This document shows positions 1 through 9,223 of a stretch of 39,789 nucleotides of DNA, in pieces. Under the pieces are notes generated by a model. It was not told the origin of the DNA. It did not search any database and saw only the letters and a program-made list of their open reading frames with translations. This DNA is from an uncultured Smithella sp. (lineage in GTDB: Bacteria > Desulfobacterota > Syntrophia > Syntrophales > Smithellaceae), in contig CAYOPU010000002.1 of assembly GCA_964405915.1 (NCBI GenBank), positions 1-39,789 of the forward strand, read 5' to 3'. Position numbers and translations under genes: made by a program. Each line of letters opens with the position of its first letter. The stretch's first letter is position 1.

Positions 1-1192
1 CAAACATTGTCAGCATATTGATGGAATAACCCAGCAGTCCCATAACGCCGAAAGTCCCCAGGAGAACCACCGGCACGGCAATCGTCGGGATCAGGGTAGC
101 CCTCAGGTTGCCCATGAACAGCCACATGACTACAAAGACCAGAAAAATGGCGATGAAAAGGGTTTTCACCACTTCATTAATGGCCACCCGGATGAAGGGA
201 GTGGTATCGTGGGGAAAGACGACCTTAACGCCTTCCGGGAAGAAACGCTCCATTTCCGACATCTTGGCCCTGACGGCGTCGGCCGTGTCCAGCGCGTTGG
301 CGCCGGCGGCCTGACGGATGGCGAGACCGCCGATTGGTTTGCCGTTGTATGAGGTTACAATATCATATAACTCAGTGCCCATCTCGGTTCTGGCCACATC
401 TCTTACCCGAACGACAGAGCCGTCCGGGTTGATGCGGATGGGGATGGCGCCGAACTCTTCCGGCGTCTGGAGCATATTTTGGACAACGATGGAGGCGTTC
501 AGGCGCTGGCCTTCCACCGCCGGCGCGCCGCCGAACTGACCGGCGGAAACTTCAACGTTGTATGCTCTCAGCGCCGCAATGACATCTTCCACAGTGATCC
601 GGTAGTCCGTCAGTTTATCTGGGTTGAGCCAAATGCGCATGGCATAGCCCGCGCCGAAGATTTCCACTTCGCCGACTCCGGGCACCCTGGAAATAGGGCT
701 TTCCAGATTGGACTCCGCAAAGTTTATCAAGTCCTTCATGTCCATGCGACCGTTTTCCGAGATCAGCCCTACAACCATCAGGTAGTTCCGGCTGGACTTT
801 CTCACCTGGACGCCCCGGTTCTTGACGTCATCGGGCAGGCTGGGCAGGGCGGTTTGGAGCTTGTTTTGCACCTGCGACCAGGCGAAATCCGGATCGGTGC
901 CCGGGTCAAAAGTCAGTTCAATGCGGGAGCCGCCGGCCGAATCGCTGGTGGCGGACATATACAGCAGATTTTCAAAACCGGTCATCTTGGATTCGATGAC
1001 TTGTGTAATGCTGTTTTCGACCGTCTCGGCCGAAGCCCCTGGATAGCTGGCTTGAATGGCGATGGACGGCGGAGCGATCGTGGGATACTGAGCGATCGGC
1101 AAATTATAAATAGCCAGACCGCCGCCCGCCATGATGATAATGGCGATCACCCATGCAAAAACCGGTCGATCCAGGAAAAATTTTGATAACAT
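1..1192 (-). CDS. RND multidrug efflux permease, AcrB/MexB (HAE1) family; N-terminal ~397 codons, 3' end runs off the left window edge
   Basis: Absent from the ORF track because it is open to the window edge. Reverse translation from ATG (1192-1190) gives MLSKFFLDRPVFAWVIAIIIMAGGGLAIYNLPIAQYPTIAPPSIAIQASYPGASAETVENS..., the canonical RND inner-membrane pump N-terminus. The frame stays open to position 2. The + strand ORF 479..1186 is its antisense shadow. It starts 12 nt after the MFP gene stop. Confidence 0.93.
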   Translation of the reverse strand, partial: MLSKFFLDRPVFAWVIAIIIMAGGGLAIYNLPIAQYPTIAPPSIAIQASYPGASAETVENSITQVIESKMTGFENLLYMSATSDSAGGSRIELTFDPGTDPDFAWSQVQNKLQTALPSLPDDVKNRGVQVRKSSRNYLMVVGLISENGRMDMKDLINFAESNLESPISRVPGVGEVEIFGAGYAMRIWLNPDKLTDYRITVEDVIAALRAYNVEVSAGQFGGAPAVEGQRLNASIVVQNMLQTPEEFGAIPIRINPDGSVVRVRDVARTEMGTELYDIVTSYNGKPIGGLAIRQAAGANALDTADAVRAKMSEMERFFPEGVKVVFPHDTTPFIRVAINEVVKTLFIAIFLVFVVMWLFMGNLRATLIPTIAVPVVLLGTFGVMGLLGYSINMLTMF

Positions 1193-1204
1193 CAGGCGCC
1201 TCCG

Positions 1205-2398
1205 TTAATTTGTTTTTGCAGGCGGGGCCGCATGCCGATTTTTCCCGCTGATTTTCTTTCCGTTTTCAAAAGGGAAGGCTTTCACGGGAACGCCGGGTCT
1301 TACATTCAATACCCCTTCCACAATCACGCGCTCGCCGGGTTCAAGCCCGGATGAAACAATCCAGGAATCGCCGACGGCACGGTCGAGTATAAGTGGCTTT
1401 TGTTGAGCTATGCCTTTGGCGTCCACAATTAATGTCAGAGGGTTCCCCTTGGGATCCCGGGAAACGGCCTGCTGGGGGATCAGGATGACATTTTTTCGAA
1501 CCCCTTCCTGGACAACGGTCCGGACAAACATGCCCGGCATCAGAACACCGTTCGGATTGGGAAACACGATGCGCAGAATGACCGAACCGGTGCTTGGATC
1601 GACGGAGACATCCTGGAACTGAAGGGCGCCTTGCAGGGGATACTCCGCGCCATCCTCCAGAAAGAGGCGGACGCTTCGCATGTTTTTTCCGTTGTGATCC
1701 AGACGCCCTTCCTGCAGCTGGCGGCGCAGGCGGAGAATTTCGGTGGTGGACTGGGTGACATCGACATACATGGGATTCATTTGCTGAATGGTGGCCAGGG
1801 CTACGGGTTGATATGCCGTCACGAGGGCGCCCACGGTGATACTGGAGCGTCCAATGCGGCCCGAGATCGGTGCGGTAATGGTCGTGTGCTTCAGGTTAAT
1901 GCGAGCCGTTTCAAGGGTCGCTTTCCCGTACTGAATATCCGCCTGCGCCTGTTTCAACGCGGCGGCTGCGTCATCATAATCCTGCTGACTGACCGCTTTG
2001 TCGGCGAGCAGTTCCTTCAAACGTTTTTCTCTTAATTGAATGGCAGAAAGCTGCGCCTCGGAGCGGGCAAGTGCGGCCTGGGCATTATCGATTGCCGCCT
2101 GGTAGAGGGAAGGATCGATTTGAAAAAGTACCTGACCCGCTTTCACATCGGAGCCTTCCGTAAACAGGCGTTTCTGTACGATGCCGCCGATCTGGGGACG
2201 CACTTCGGCGATGAGATTCGCGGAAGTGCGTCCGGATAGTTCGGTTGTCGTGGTCACGGACGTTGCCTGTACGGCAACAAAGGAAACTTCAGGAATCGGT
2301 TGCTGCCGGTTCTTGTTTTCGCCGCAACCGCTCAGGATTAAGCCTGCAACGAAAATTCCCGCGGCGGCCATCAATCGGGCTCTGTTCTCTTTTCTCAT
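1205..2398 (-). CDS. RND efflux periplasmic adaptor (membrane fusion protein), AcrA/MexA family lipoprotein
   Basis: 397 aa. Signal peptide with lipobox LSGC (FVAGLILSGCGEN). Typical MFP blocks: SGRTSANLIAEVRPQIGGIVQKRLFTEGSDVKAGQVLFQIDP, a coiled-coil hairpin region, and INLKHTTITAPISGRIGRS. Sits directly upstream of the RND pump. Confidence 0.92.
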   Translation of the reverse strand: MRKENRARLMAAAGIFVAGLILSGCGENKNRQQPIPEVSFVAVQATSVTTTTELSGRTSANLIAEVRPQIGGIVQKRLFTEGSDVKAGQVLFQIDPSLYQAAIDNAQAALARSEAQLSAIQLREKRLKELLADKAVSQQDYDDAAAALKQAQADIQYGKATLETARINLKHTTITAPISGRIGRSSITVGALVTAYQPVALATIQQMNPMYVDVTQSTTEILRLRRQLQEGRLDHNGKNMRSVRLFLEDGAEYPLQGALQFQDVSVDPSTGSVILRIVFPNPNGVLMPGMFVRTVVQEGVRKNVILIPQQAVSRDPKGNPLTLIVDAKGIAQQKPLILDRAVGDSWIVSSGLEPGERVIVEGVLNVRPGVPVKAFPFENGKKISGKNRHAAPPAKTN

Positions 2399-2440
2399 CT
2401 AACACCTCTGGTATTTCATGAATTTTTCCATAAAAAATAT

Positions 2441-3028
2441 TTATGACCTTTTGATGCTGTCCCAGCAGGCTTCAGCGATTTGCTGGAGCAAGGGTTCTTC
2501 CAGTTCAATGAAACCGAGGGTATGGTCGCGAATTAAATAAAGCAAGGGACCGATGGATAGGGAAAAAAGCACCATAACGGGGAAATCTTTCAATATATGC
2601 TGAGAGATTCCATCTTCGAAGATGCCCCGGAGTGTTTCGGGGCCATGATGATTTATGTTTTTGCCCAAAAACTTATCCCTGCGTTCTGAAGTTCCGTAAG
2701 GTGAGTTGACGTACTGCTCCATATAACGGAAATGAATGGGGTTGGTTAAAAAATACCGGCAGCTTCCAACGAAGATATGGAAAAACTTTTCCCGGACCGG
2801 TTTGTCGATGGGATAACCTTCCAGGAGCACCTCACTCATTTTACCTTCGATTTCACGGAATAACTCATTGATAAGCGCATCCTTGTTTTCGAAATAGCGG
2901 TATATCGTTCCGGCGGCCACGCCGGCTTTTTTTGCGATCAGCGCCATGGGCGCGTCGTGAAAACCCCGTTCGGCAATCAGTTCCAATGCCGTTTCCATAA
3001 TATCGTTACGTTTATCTGATGGATTCAT
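2441..3028 (-). CDS. TetR/AcrR family transcriptional repressor
   Basis: N-terminal HTH typical of TetR (RNDIMETALELIAERGFHDAPMALIAKKAGVAAGTIYRYFENKDALI). The ORF track starts at an upstream TTG (3040). I prefer ATG at 3028 (MNPSDKRND...), preceded by GGGTGA. First gene of the TetR-MFP-RND string. Confidence 0.9.
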   Translation of the reverse strand: MNPSDKRNDIMETALELIAERGFHDAPMALIAKKAGVAAGTIYRYFENKDALINELFREIEGKMSEVLLEGYPIDKPVREKFFHIFVGSCRYFLTNPIHFRYMEQYVNSPYGTSERRDKFLGKNINHHGPETLRGIFEDGISQHILKDFPVMVLFSLSIGPLLYLIRDHTLGFIELEEPLLQQIAEACWDSIKRS

Positions 3029-3044
3029 TACTTCACCCAATTAT

Positions 3045-3064
3045 ATGAATGAATGTTCATTCAT
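3045..3064. promoter_or_regulatory. Candidate TetR operator: 9+9 bp perfect inverted repeat ATGAATGAA-TG-TTCATTCAT
   Basis: Read directly from the sequence. It lies 16 nt upstream of the TetR ATG (3028), between and overlapping candidate promoter hexamers (TTGACA 3102-3097 / GATAAG 3080-3075; TATAAT 3045-3040 on the minus strand). Confidence 0.6.
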
Positions 3065-3140
3065 CGAAATACTGCTTATCGCAAGCTTAGTAATGTTGTC
3101 AAGCGTTATCTATTTCCTTCGGGAAGCCTCCTGGTCGAAT

Positions 3141-5819
3141 TCACTGTTCGGAAGGGATGCTGTAATGACGCAGCAGATCGCCAAACTGATCCGGTGCAAC
3201 AGGCTTGCTGAAATAAAAGCCCTGCATTTCGTCACAGATGTGATCGCGTAAGAAGTCTTCCTGTTCCTGCGTTTCCACGCCTTCGGCCACGACGGTAAGA
3301 CTCAGAGCCCTGCCCATGGTGATGATCGCTTCGGTGATCGATCTGTCCTCGCAATCCTGCGGGAGATTACGAATGAAGGATCTGTCCACCTTGAGCGTGT
3401 CGATGGGGAAGCTTTTGAGATGAGCGAGGGAAGAGTACCCTGTTCCAAAATCGTCAATGGCGAGCCGCACGCCCAGTTTCTTGATTCCGTGCAGCACTGC
3501 AATCAGGCGCTCAGGATCATGCATTAACATGCTTTCCGTGATTTCCAGTTCCAAAAGATTTGGCGCCATGCCTGAATCATTCAGGATGGCTTTGATATCA
3601 TCCAGTAATTTATCATCCGTGAGTTGACGAAGCGATAAATTTACCGCTACACAGACAGGGGGCAGGCCCTGACGCTGCCAGGCTACATTTTGCGTGCAGG
3701 CTGTTCTGATCACCCACTTGCCGATGGGCACGATTATCCCTGTTTCTTCGGCCACCGGAATGAATTGTGTTGGGCTTATCGAACCGAGGGCTGCGCACTG
3801 CCAGCGCAGCAGGGCTTCCACACCCGTGATCATCCCGGTTTTAAAATTCACCTTGGCCTGATAGTGCAGCGATAATTCGTTGCGATCCAGCGCAAGACGC
3901 AGATTTGACTCGATTCCCAGGTGTTCAGTGGATTGCACCTGAATATCCTTGGAGTAAAACTGGTAGTTATTCTTGCCTTCTTCCTTGGCGAAGTACATGG
4001 CAATGTCCGCATTTTTCATCAGGGATTGTTCGTCCCCTCCATCCCTGGGGTACAGGCTGATGCCGATGCTGGCGGTTACCCGGCATTCCTGGCCCTCAAG
4101 CATCACCGGTTTTATCGTATGGGAAAGTATCTTGTGGGCTACGATGGCGACCTGACTCGCTTCTCCCACTTCCTCGATCAAGACAACAAATTCATCTCCT
4201 CCCAGACGACCGACAACATCGACTGACCGCAGCGTACTTCTAAACCGTCTGGAAATCTCCTTCAGCAGCCGGTCTCCCGCCTCATGACCCAGCGTGTCGT
4301 TGATGGTTTTGAAACGATCAAGATCGATAAAAAAAACAGCCAGCTGACGTTTATGACGCTGTGCGGAACGGATGGCCTGACTCAACAGTTGGCTGAACAT
4401 TAAACGGTTCGGCAGTCCGGTCAGGGCATCGTGGGTAGCCATATAGTTGATCTGCTGCTCGATCCGTTTGCGTTCCGTAATATCGCGGATGACGCCCTTA
4501 AATCCTGTTGGCTTGCCGGATGAATCCTTCTTGAGGATGATGGATGTTTCAATGAAGGCTTCAACCCCGTCTTTTCTGATAATCTGCCAATCGAATGCTT
4601 TGGCCGGTTCCCCTGTTTTATAAACATGATTAAATGCGTTAAAGACTTCTTTGGCAGTTTCTTTGCTGGTAAACTGCCGATGATTCATACCGATCAATTC
4701 TTCTTTGGAACACCCGATAAGCCGGGACATGGAATCGTTGACAAAGGTAAAGTTTCCGGCAAGATCCACCTCAAAATAGCCTTCCTGGATGCTTTCCAGA
4801 ATGGTTCGATATTTTTCCTCACCCTGGCGTATTGCTTCAAGCGCAGCCTCCCTTTGGGCTTCCGCCTGTTTGCGTTCTGTGATATCACGCATTGCGCCGA
4901 TAATGCTTACCGGCTGCTTGTTTTTATCTCTGATAAAGGTAAATTTCGTCTCCGTCCATACGGTAGTTCCGTCTTTTCGACTGATTTCCAGTTGAAGTGT
5001 CCGGGAGATGTTCTCATTTAGTTCTGTTTTGGCCAGTTCAGTGACCTCGGCAAGTTCCTTCGCGGCCAGATTTCGGGATGAAGGCGCAACGGCATCAAAA
5101 GGCGCCTGTTGCATGACCTCTTCCGATTCATATCCCCTCAGAGCTTTTACCGAAGGGCTGACATAGGTATAATGCAGATTTACATCCATCACGAAAATGA
5201 CATCATGCATGTTGTCGGTCATCTGTTTGATGGTGGAACGGCTCTTGGAAATCTTCGTTCTGAGGCCGGAAATATGTCCCCCGATGATGGAAAAGAGCAC
5301 CAGGACACCGGCCAACACAAGCCACTGAAGATATTCCATGTGAAAATTGACACCCTTGGGCGGGTTAACATGAAGACAGGCGATGACGCCGCCGTATGTC
5401 AGGAGAGTAAAAATACTGATATATAAAAACCCCCGGGTATTGAGGATGAAGATGCCGAAGAGGAGGATAATGACGTAAATCAAGAGCAGGACACCGCGCA
5501 ACTCATTGGCGTAAGACATGACATACATGACCATGATGATGGCGGTACACATCTGCATAACCGTCAGGCTGGGATCGGCCATTTTCAGGTTCAGACCAGA
5601 GCGGAAGAGTATATACATGACAACGTTGATGCTGATGGCGGCGGTAAGCCACCCGTAGAAAGCTTCCGTTTCAACGAAGCCGGCAAGGTAGGCAAAATAG
5701 CAAAGAAACCCGCAAATGACGTAAGCGGAAAATGCCATCAAAAAACGGCTGGTGCGCAGCGCCTGTTTTGGATTATTCCCGAGTATGATGGAAAAATTGA
5801 AGCGAGACTGCTTTTGCAT
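3141..5819 (-). CDS. Membrane-bound PAS-PAS-GGDEF-EAL protein (cyclic-di-GMP synthase/phosphodiesterase)
   Basis: 892 aa. About 6 hydrophobic helices in the first ~190 aa. Two PAS blocks end in MRDITERK and VIRDITERK. GGDEF motif is intact (GRLGGDEFVV). EAL domain is intact (VEALLRW, DDFGTGYSS, KVDRSFI). Confidence 0.92.
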   Translation of the reverse strand: MQKQSRFNFSIILGNNPKQALRTSRFLMAFSAYVICGFLCYFAYLAGFVETEAFYGWLTAAISINVVMYILFRSGLNLKMADPSLTVMQMCTAIIMVMYVMSYANELRGVLLLIYVIILLFGIFILNTRGFLYISIFTLLTYGGVIACLHVNPPKGVNFHMEYLQWLVLAGVLVLFSIIGGHISGLRTKISKSRSTIKQMTDNMHDVIFVMDVNLHYTYVSPSVKALRGYESEEVMQQAPFDAVAPSSRNLAAKELAEVTELAKTELNENISRTLQLEISRKDGTTVWTETKFTFIRDKNKQPVSIIGAMRDITERKQAEAQREAALEAIRQGEEKYRTILESIQEGYFEVDLAGNFTFVNDSMSRLIGCSKEELIGMNHRQFTSKETAKEVFNAFNHVYKTGEPAKAFDWQIIRKDGVEAFIETSIILKKDSSGKPTGFKGVIRDITERKRIEQQINYMATHDALTGLPNRLMFSQLLSQAIRSAQRHKRQLAVFFIDLDRFKTINDTLGHEAGDRLLKEISRRFRSTLRSVDVVGRLGGDEFVVLIEEVGEASQVAIVAHKILSHTIKPVMLEGQECRVTASIGISLYPRDGGDEQSLMKNADIAMYFAKEEGKNNYQFYSKDIQVQSTEHLGIESNLRLALDRNELSLHYQAKVNFKTGMITGVEALLRWQCAALGSISPTQFIPVAEETGIIVPIGKWVIRTACTQNVAWQRQGLPPVCVAVNLSLRQLTDDKLLDDIKAILNDSGMAPNLLELEITESMLMHDPERLIAVLHGIKKLGVRLAIDDFGTGYSSLAHLKSFPIDTLKVDRSFIRNLPQDCEDRSITEAIITMGRALSLTVVAEGVETQEQEDFLRDHICDEMQGFYFSKPVAPDQFGDLLRHYSIPSEQ

Positions 5820-5825
5820 GGGGGG

Positions 5826-5854
5826 AGTATATTCAGAATGGTTTTATCTGTCAA
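5826..5854 (-). promoter_or_regulatory. Near-consensus sigma-70 promoter TTGACA-N17-TATACT abutting the GGDEF-EAL start codon (leaderless mRNA candidate)
   Basis: Minus strand reads TTGACA (5854-5849), a 17-nt spacer, TATACT (5831-5826), CCCCCC, then ATG (5819-5817). The A of the ATG is the 7th nt after the -10 hexamer. No Shine-Dalgarno sequence is present. Confidence 0.5.
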
Positions 5855-6171
5855 TAAAATACATCCAAAATAGTCGACGCCGTTCATCATATCATGATGC
5901 ACGGTATTGAGCGCAGGGAGATCTCGATGCTGATGCAGATCGGGATCATTTCCTTCATCGCCCGGGCGAGATTCTTCATGGATACCGGAACAACCTGCTT
6001 TGCCTGGTCATTGATGCCCAATGAGAAAACGAGAGACATCCTAAATACCCGCTTTCTTTTTTAGAAACAGCGTGTTTGAGGGTGGCGGAGTTAAGAGGAT
6101 GGTTTGCCGCCGTCATCTTCTGTATTTCAAGCGTGTTGCTCATCAATCCGTTTTTGTTTAGAACGATCTGA

Positions 6172-8892
6172 TTATTTCTGATCCAATGCCTCCCGCGCCT
6201 TGACGAGCAGATCGTTTCTGGAGAATGGTTTCTGAATGAAGAACATCTCTTTGTCCAGGATTCCCTGGTGGGCGATGATATCGGCCGTGTAGCCGGACAT
6301 AAACAGGCGCTTCATGTTGGGGTAGAGGGAAAGGATTCTGTTTGCCAGGTCACGACCGTTCATCTCAGGCATCACCACATCGGTTATCAACAGATGGATC
6401 TCCCCGTTGTGTTCCACGGCCAGTTTGATCGCCTCACCCGGAGTGGCGGCGCTCAAAACCTGATAGCCCTGCTTTTCAAGGATGATTTTGCTCAAGTCCA
6501 GAATAGCCAGTTCGTCCTCAACAACCAGCACGGTCTCGCGGCCACGGGCGACCGGTTCTGGTGGTTCTTCTATCTTTGTCTTTTCGGTCTTGCCGGTGTG
6601 CCGGGGCAGGTATATCTTGAAGGTTGTTCCCTGGTCCGGTTCGCTGTAAACATTGACGAAGCCGCTGTTTTGCCTGACAATGCCATAAACGGTGCACAAA
6701 CCCAGGCCCGTGCCTTTCCCGATATCCTTGGTGGTGAAAAAAGGTTCAAAAAGCTTGTTCCGCGTCTCCTGATCCATGCCGCAGCCGTTATCGCTTACGG
6801 CGAGAAGGACATAGGCTCCGTGGTTGAAATCCGGGTGATCGGCGCAAAAGGTCTTGTCGAAGATAATATTTCCCGATTCGATGGTGATCTTGCCCACTCC
6901 GGATATGGCGTCACGGGCGTTGACGCAGAGGTTTGCCAGGATCTGATCGAGCTGTGACGGATCCATCTTGACCTGTAAAGGCCCCCCCTCCGGCAGCCAG
7001 GATAGGTGAATGTCTTCTCCGATCAGCCGCTGCAGCATCTCGAGCATGCCCTCCACGGTCTCGTTCAGGTCGATCACTCGGGGGAAAAACGTCTGCTTGC
7101 GGGCAAAAGCGAGGAGCTGCCGCGTAAGATCGGCGGAGCGCTCCGCGGCTTTCCCGATTTCCCGGAGATGAGCATGAATCGGATGGCCGGACTCGACCCT
7201 TGCCATGGCCAATTCCGTATGGCCGAGAATGACGCCCAGCATGTTGTTGAAGTCGTGGGCTACCCCTCCCGCCAGTCTTCCTACGGATTCCATCTTCTGG
7301 GACTGGTTCAGTCGTTCCTGCAGATGCTCCTTTTCCAGCTCAGCCTGTTTGCGCTGGCTGATGTCCCGGCACACGTGAACATAACCGCTGGGTGTGCCGT
7401 CTTTGTTGAGGAACACATCGCTGATAATTTCATAGGGGATTTTCTGGCCGTCTTTCGCGAAGAGAGAGTATTCGTTCGGGCCCTGCTTTTTGCCTTCCAT
7501 CAGGATCAGCGTGATTTTCTCGATGGCTTTAAGATGTTCTTCGATGGGAAGGAATTCAAGAATATTCCGGCCTTCCACTTCTTCCGGACGGTATTGGCCC
7601 ATCTTAAATGTATTGTCGTTCGCGAAGAGAATCTTTCCTTCGAAATCCGTACGGATAACAAGGTCAGGGAGCGTATCAACCAGCCGTATATACAGTTCCT
7701 CACTTTCCCGCAGAGCGTCCTCTACCTTTTTGCGCTCGGTGATGTCATGTGCAACAACATCGGCGGCAATCACACGGCCTTCCGCATCGTAAATATTTTT
7801 AATGTGCAGCTGAACATGGAATCGCTTACCTTTTTTATTTAATATTTCAAATTCTACGATCTCCGGCACTTTTATACCCTGAGATATTTTTTCCACACGA
7901 TCCAAAAACAGTTTTCTGCTCTCTTCAGTCAAAATGTCGTAGGGACTTAGAGAATTTATTTCTTCCCGGCTGCAGCCGGCATATTCGCAAAAAACATCAT
8001 TCGCTTTTATGAATCTTCCGCTCTGAAAATCAAGCCGGTATATCCCGGCAGGCGAGTTGTCAAATAGCTGCCGATAATTTATCTCGCTTTCCCGTAACAT
8101 TTCCTCCATATTCTTTCTGTCCGTAATGTCACGATCAGATCCATGAAAGCCTTTTAGAAAACCTGCGCTGTCAAAAATAGGCACAGCATTGCTTTCCAGG
8201 TAACGAATGGTTCCGTCTTTGTGTTTCCAGCGCACAACAATGTTTGACCAGCCTTTTTTCTGCTCGATGGACCGAGACATTGTTTCCCTCATTTTGGGAA
8301 TGTCTTCTTCATGAACAAGATGATGAGCGGCGCCGTGCCTGATGATTTCATCAGGGGTATATCCCAGGATGTTTTCGATGGCGGGATTGCTGAAGGTGTG
8401 GTTGCCGGCGTTATCTGTGGCCCAAATCCATTCCTGGCTTGTAGCGATAATGGAATTGAATTGTGCTTCACTGATCCGCAGCTTCTCTGCCAGCTGCTTT
8501 TGCCTGTTACTGGCTTTTGCCGCTTTTAATTCTCTATTGATGGCGGAGCAAAGGCGGGACAATTTACCCTTTAAAAAATAATCATGAGCTCCTGAACGCA
8601 TGAATTCTGTGGCGGTCTCTTCGCCGATCGGTCCTGAGATAACGATCAGAGGAATACCTGTCTTTGTTTTCTTTAAAAAAGCAATGGCTGAGGGCGCCTT
8701 GAATCCCGGCAGGCTAGCATCGCAAAGGATGATATCCCATTGTTTTTCTTTGATGGCTTTTTTCATGGAGGCGGCGGTTTCCACCCGCTTGTATTCCGGA
8801 TGGTACCCGCCTTTTTCAAGCTCACGGCGTATCAGCAAAACATCATCTTCTGAAGCTTCAACCATTAATACCCGAAGGGACTTCTTTTTCAT
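6172..8892 (-). CDS. Cytoplasmic hybrid sensor histidine kinase (REC - 3x PAS - HisKA - HATPase - REC)
   Basis: 906 aa with no TM segments. N-terminal receiver ([10 protein letters not shown]). PAS blocks end in [16 protein letters not shown] and CRDISQRK. H-box [13 protein letters not shown] boxes [23 protein letters not shown]-terminal receiver ([13 protein letters not shown]). SD AGGAAG lies 8 nt upstream of the ATG. Confidence 0.93.
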   Translation of the reverse strand: MKKKSLRVLMVEASEDDVLLIRRELEKGGYHPEYKRVETAASMKKAIKEKQWDIILCDASLPGFKAPSAIAFLKKTKTGIPLIVISGPIGEETATEFMRSGAHDYFLKGKLSRLCSAINRELKAAKASNRQKQLAEKLRISEAQFNSIIATSQEWIWATDNAGNHTFSNPAIENILGYTPDEIIRHGAAHHLVHEEDIPKMRETMSRSIEQKKGWSNIVVRWKHKDGTIRYLESNAVPIFDSAGFLKGFHGSDRDITDRKNMEEMLRESEINYRQLFDNSPAGIYRLDFQSGRFIKANDVFCEYAGCSREEINSLSPYDILTEESRKLFLDRVEKISQGIKVPEIVEFEILNKKGKRFHVQLHIKNIYDAEGRVIAADVVAHDITERKKVEDALRESEELYIRLVDTLPDLVIRTDFEGKILFANDNTFKMGQYRPEEVEGRNILEFLPIEEHLKAIEKITLILMEGKKQGPNEYSLFAKDGQKIPYEIISDVFLNKDGTPSGYVHVCRDISQRKQAELEKEHLQERLNQSQKMESVGRLAGGVAHDFNNMLGVILGHTELAMARVESGHPIHAHLREIGKAAERSADLTRQLLAFARKQTFFPRVIDLNETVEGMLEMLQRLIGEDIHLSWLPEGGPLQVKMDPSQLDQILANLCVNARDAISGVGKITIESGNIIFDKTFCADHPDFNHGAYVLLAVSDNGCGMDQETRNKLFEPFFTTKDIGKGTGLGLCTVYGIVRQNSGFVNVYSEPDQGTTFKIYLPRHTGKTEKTKIEEPPEPVARGRETVLVVEDELAILDLSKIILEKQGYQVLSAATPGEAIKLAVEHNGEIHLLITDVVMPEMNGRDLANRILSLYPNMKRLFMSGYTADIIAHQGILDKEMFFIQKPFSRNDLLVKAREALDQK

Positions 8893-9019
8893 GCGGCTGC
8901 TTCCTGTGTCGAAATAATTTCATTAGTGGAACGGTTAGCGAATGACTGCCGTGACCGATGGATGGTTCATCATCGGCCCCTGAAGACAGGCCTGTTTAAA
9001 GAGCTTCCTTTTTGCCGCA

Positions 9020-9048
9020 AATATACAAGTAAGTGTCTTATATGTCAA
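9020..9048 (-). promoter_or_regulatory. Near-consensus sigma-70 promoter TTGACA-N17-TATATT driving the 6172..8892 kinase
   Basis: Minus strand reads TTGACA (9048-9043), a 17-nt spacer, then TATATT (9025-9020). This predicts a ~120-nt 5' UTR before the ATG at 8892. Confidence 0.5.
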
Positions 9049-9223
9049 AGGAAAGAATGACCACGAACATGTGGGCGCCGACCGGTATTTGTTGTTTTAT
9101 GTGAAGATGTTTATTTCCAGAAGAAACTTTCAGCAAGAACAGGCGCGCTCATTGTGAAATATTTTCTTTACAGTGATGGGAATTGTTTATAAGCATGAGA
9201 CGGAAAAGGAAAGAAATGGAAAA

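Noticed and set aside
479-1186. 235-aa + strand ORF (plus 822..1046 and other small + ORFs) at the left end
   Set aside because: It is antisense to a textbook AcrB-type RND N-terminus read on the minus strand. The translated sequence is low-complexity and Arg/Gly-rich, which is typical of a shadow frame.
5887-6039. Small ORFs in the 350-nt spacer between the kinase and the GGDEF-EAL gene (50 aa on minus, 5887-6039; 56 aa on plus from about 5894)
   Set aside because: Neither has a credible SD or a recognisable motif, and they overlap each other in antisense. I also saw no convincing hairpin/U-tract sRNA structure. This remains the largest unexplained non-coding gap in the window.
6268-7842. 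Long + strand ORFs (229 aa, 278 aa) inside the 6172..8892 kinase, and the matching 254-aa minus ORF 12329..13093 inside the 10496..13333 kinase
   Set aside because: These are antisense shadow frames of the HATPase/REC regions. They look 'conserved' only because the sense-strand paralogs are conserved. They have no SD or independent signals.
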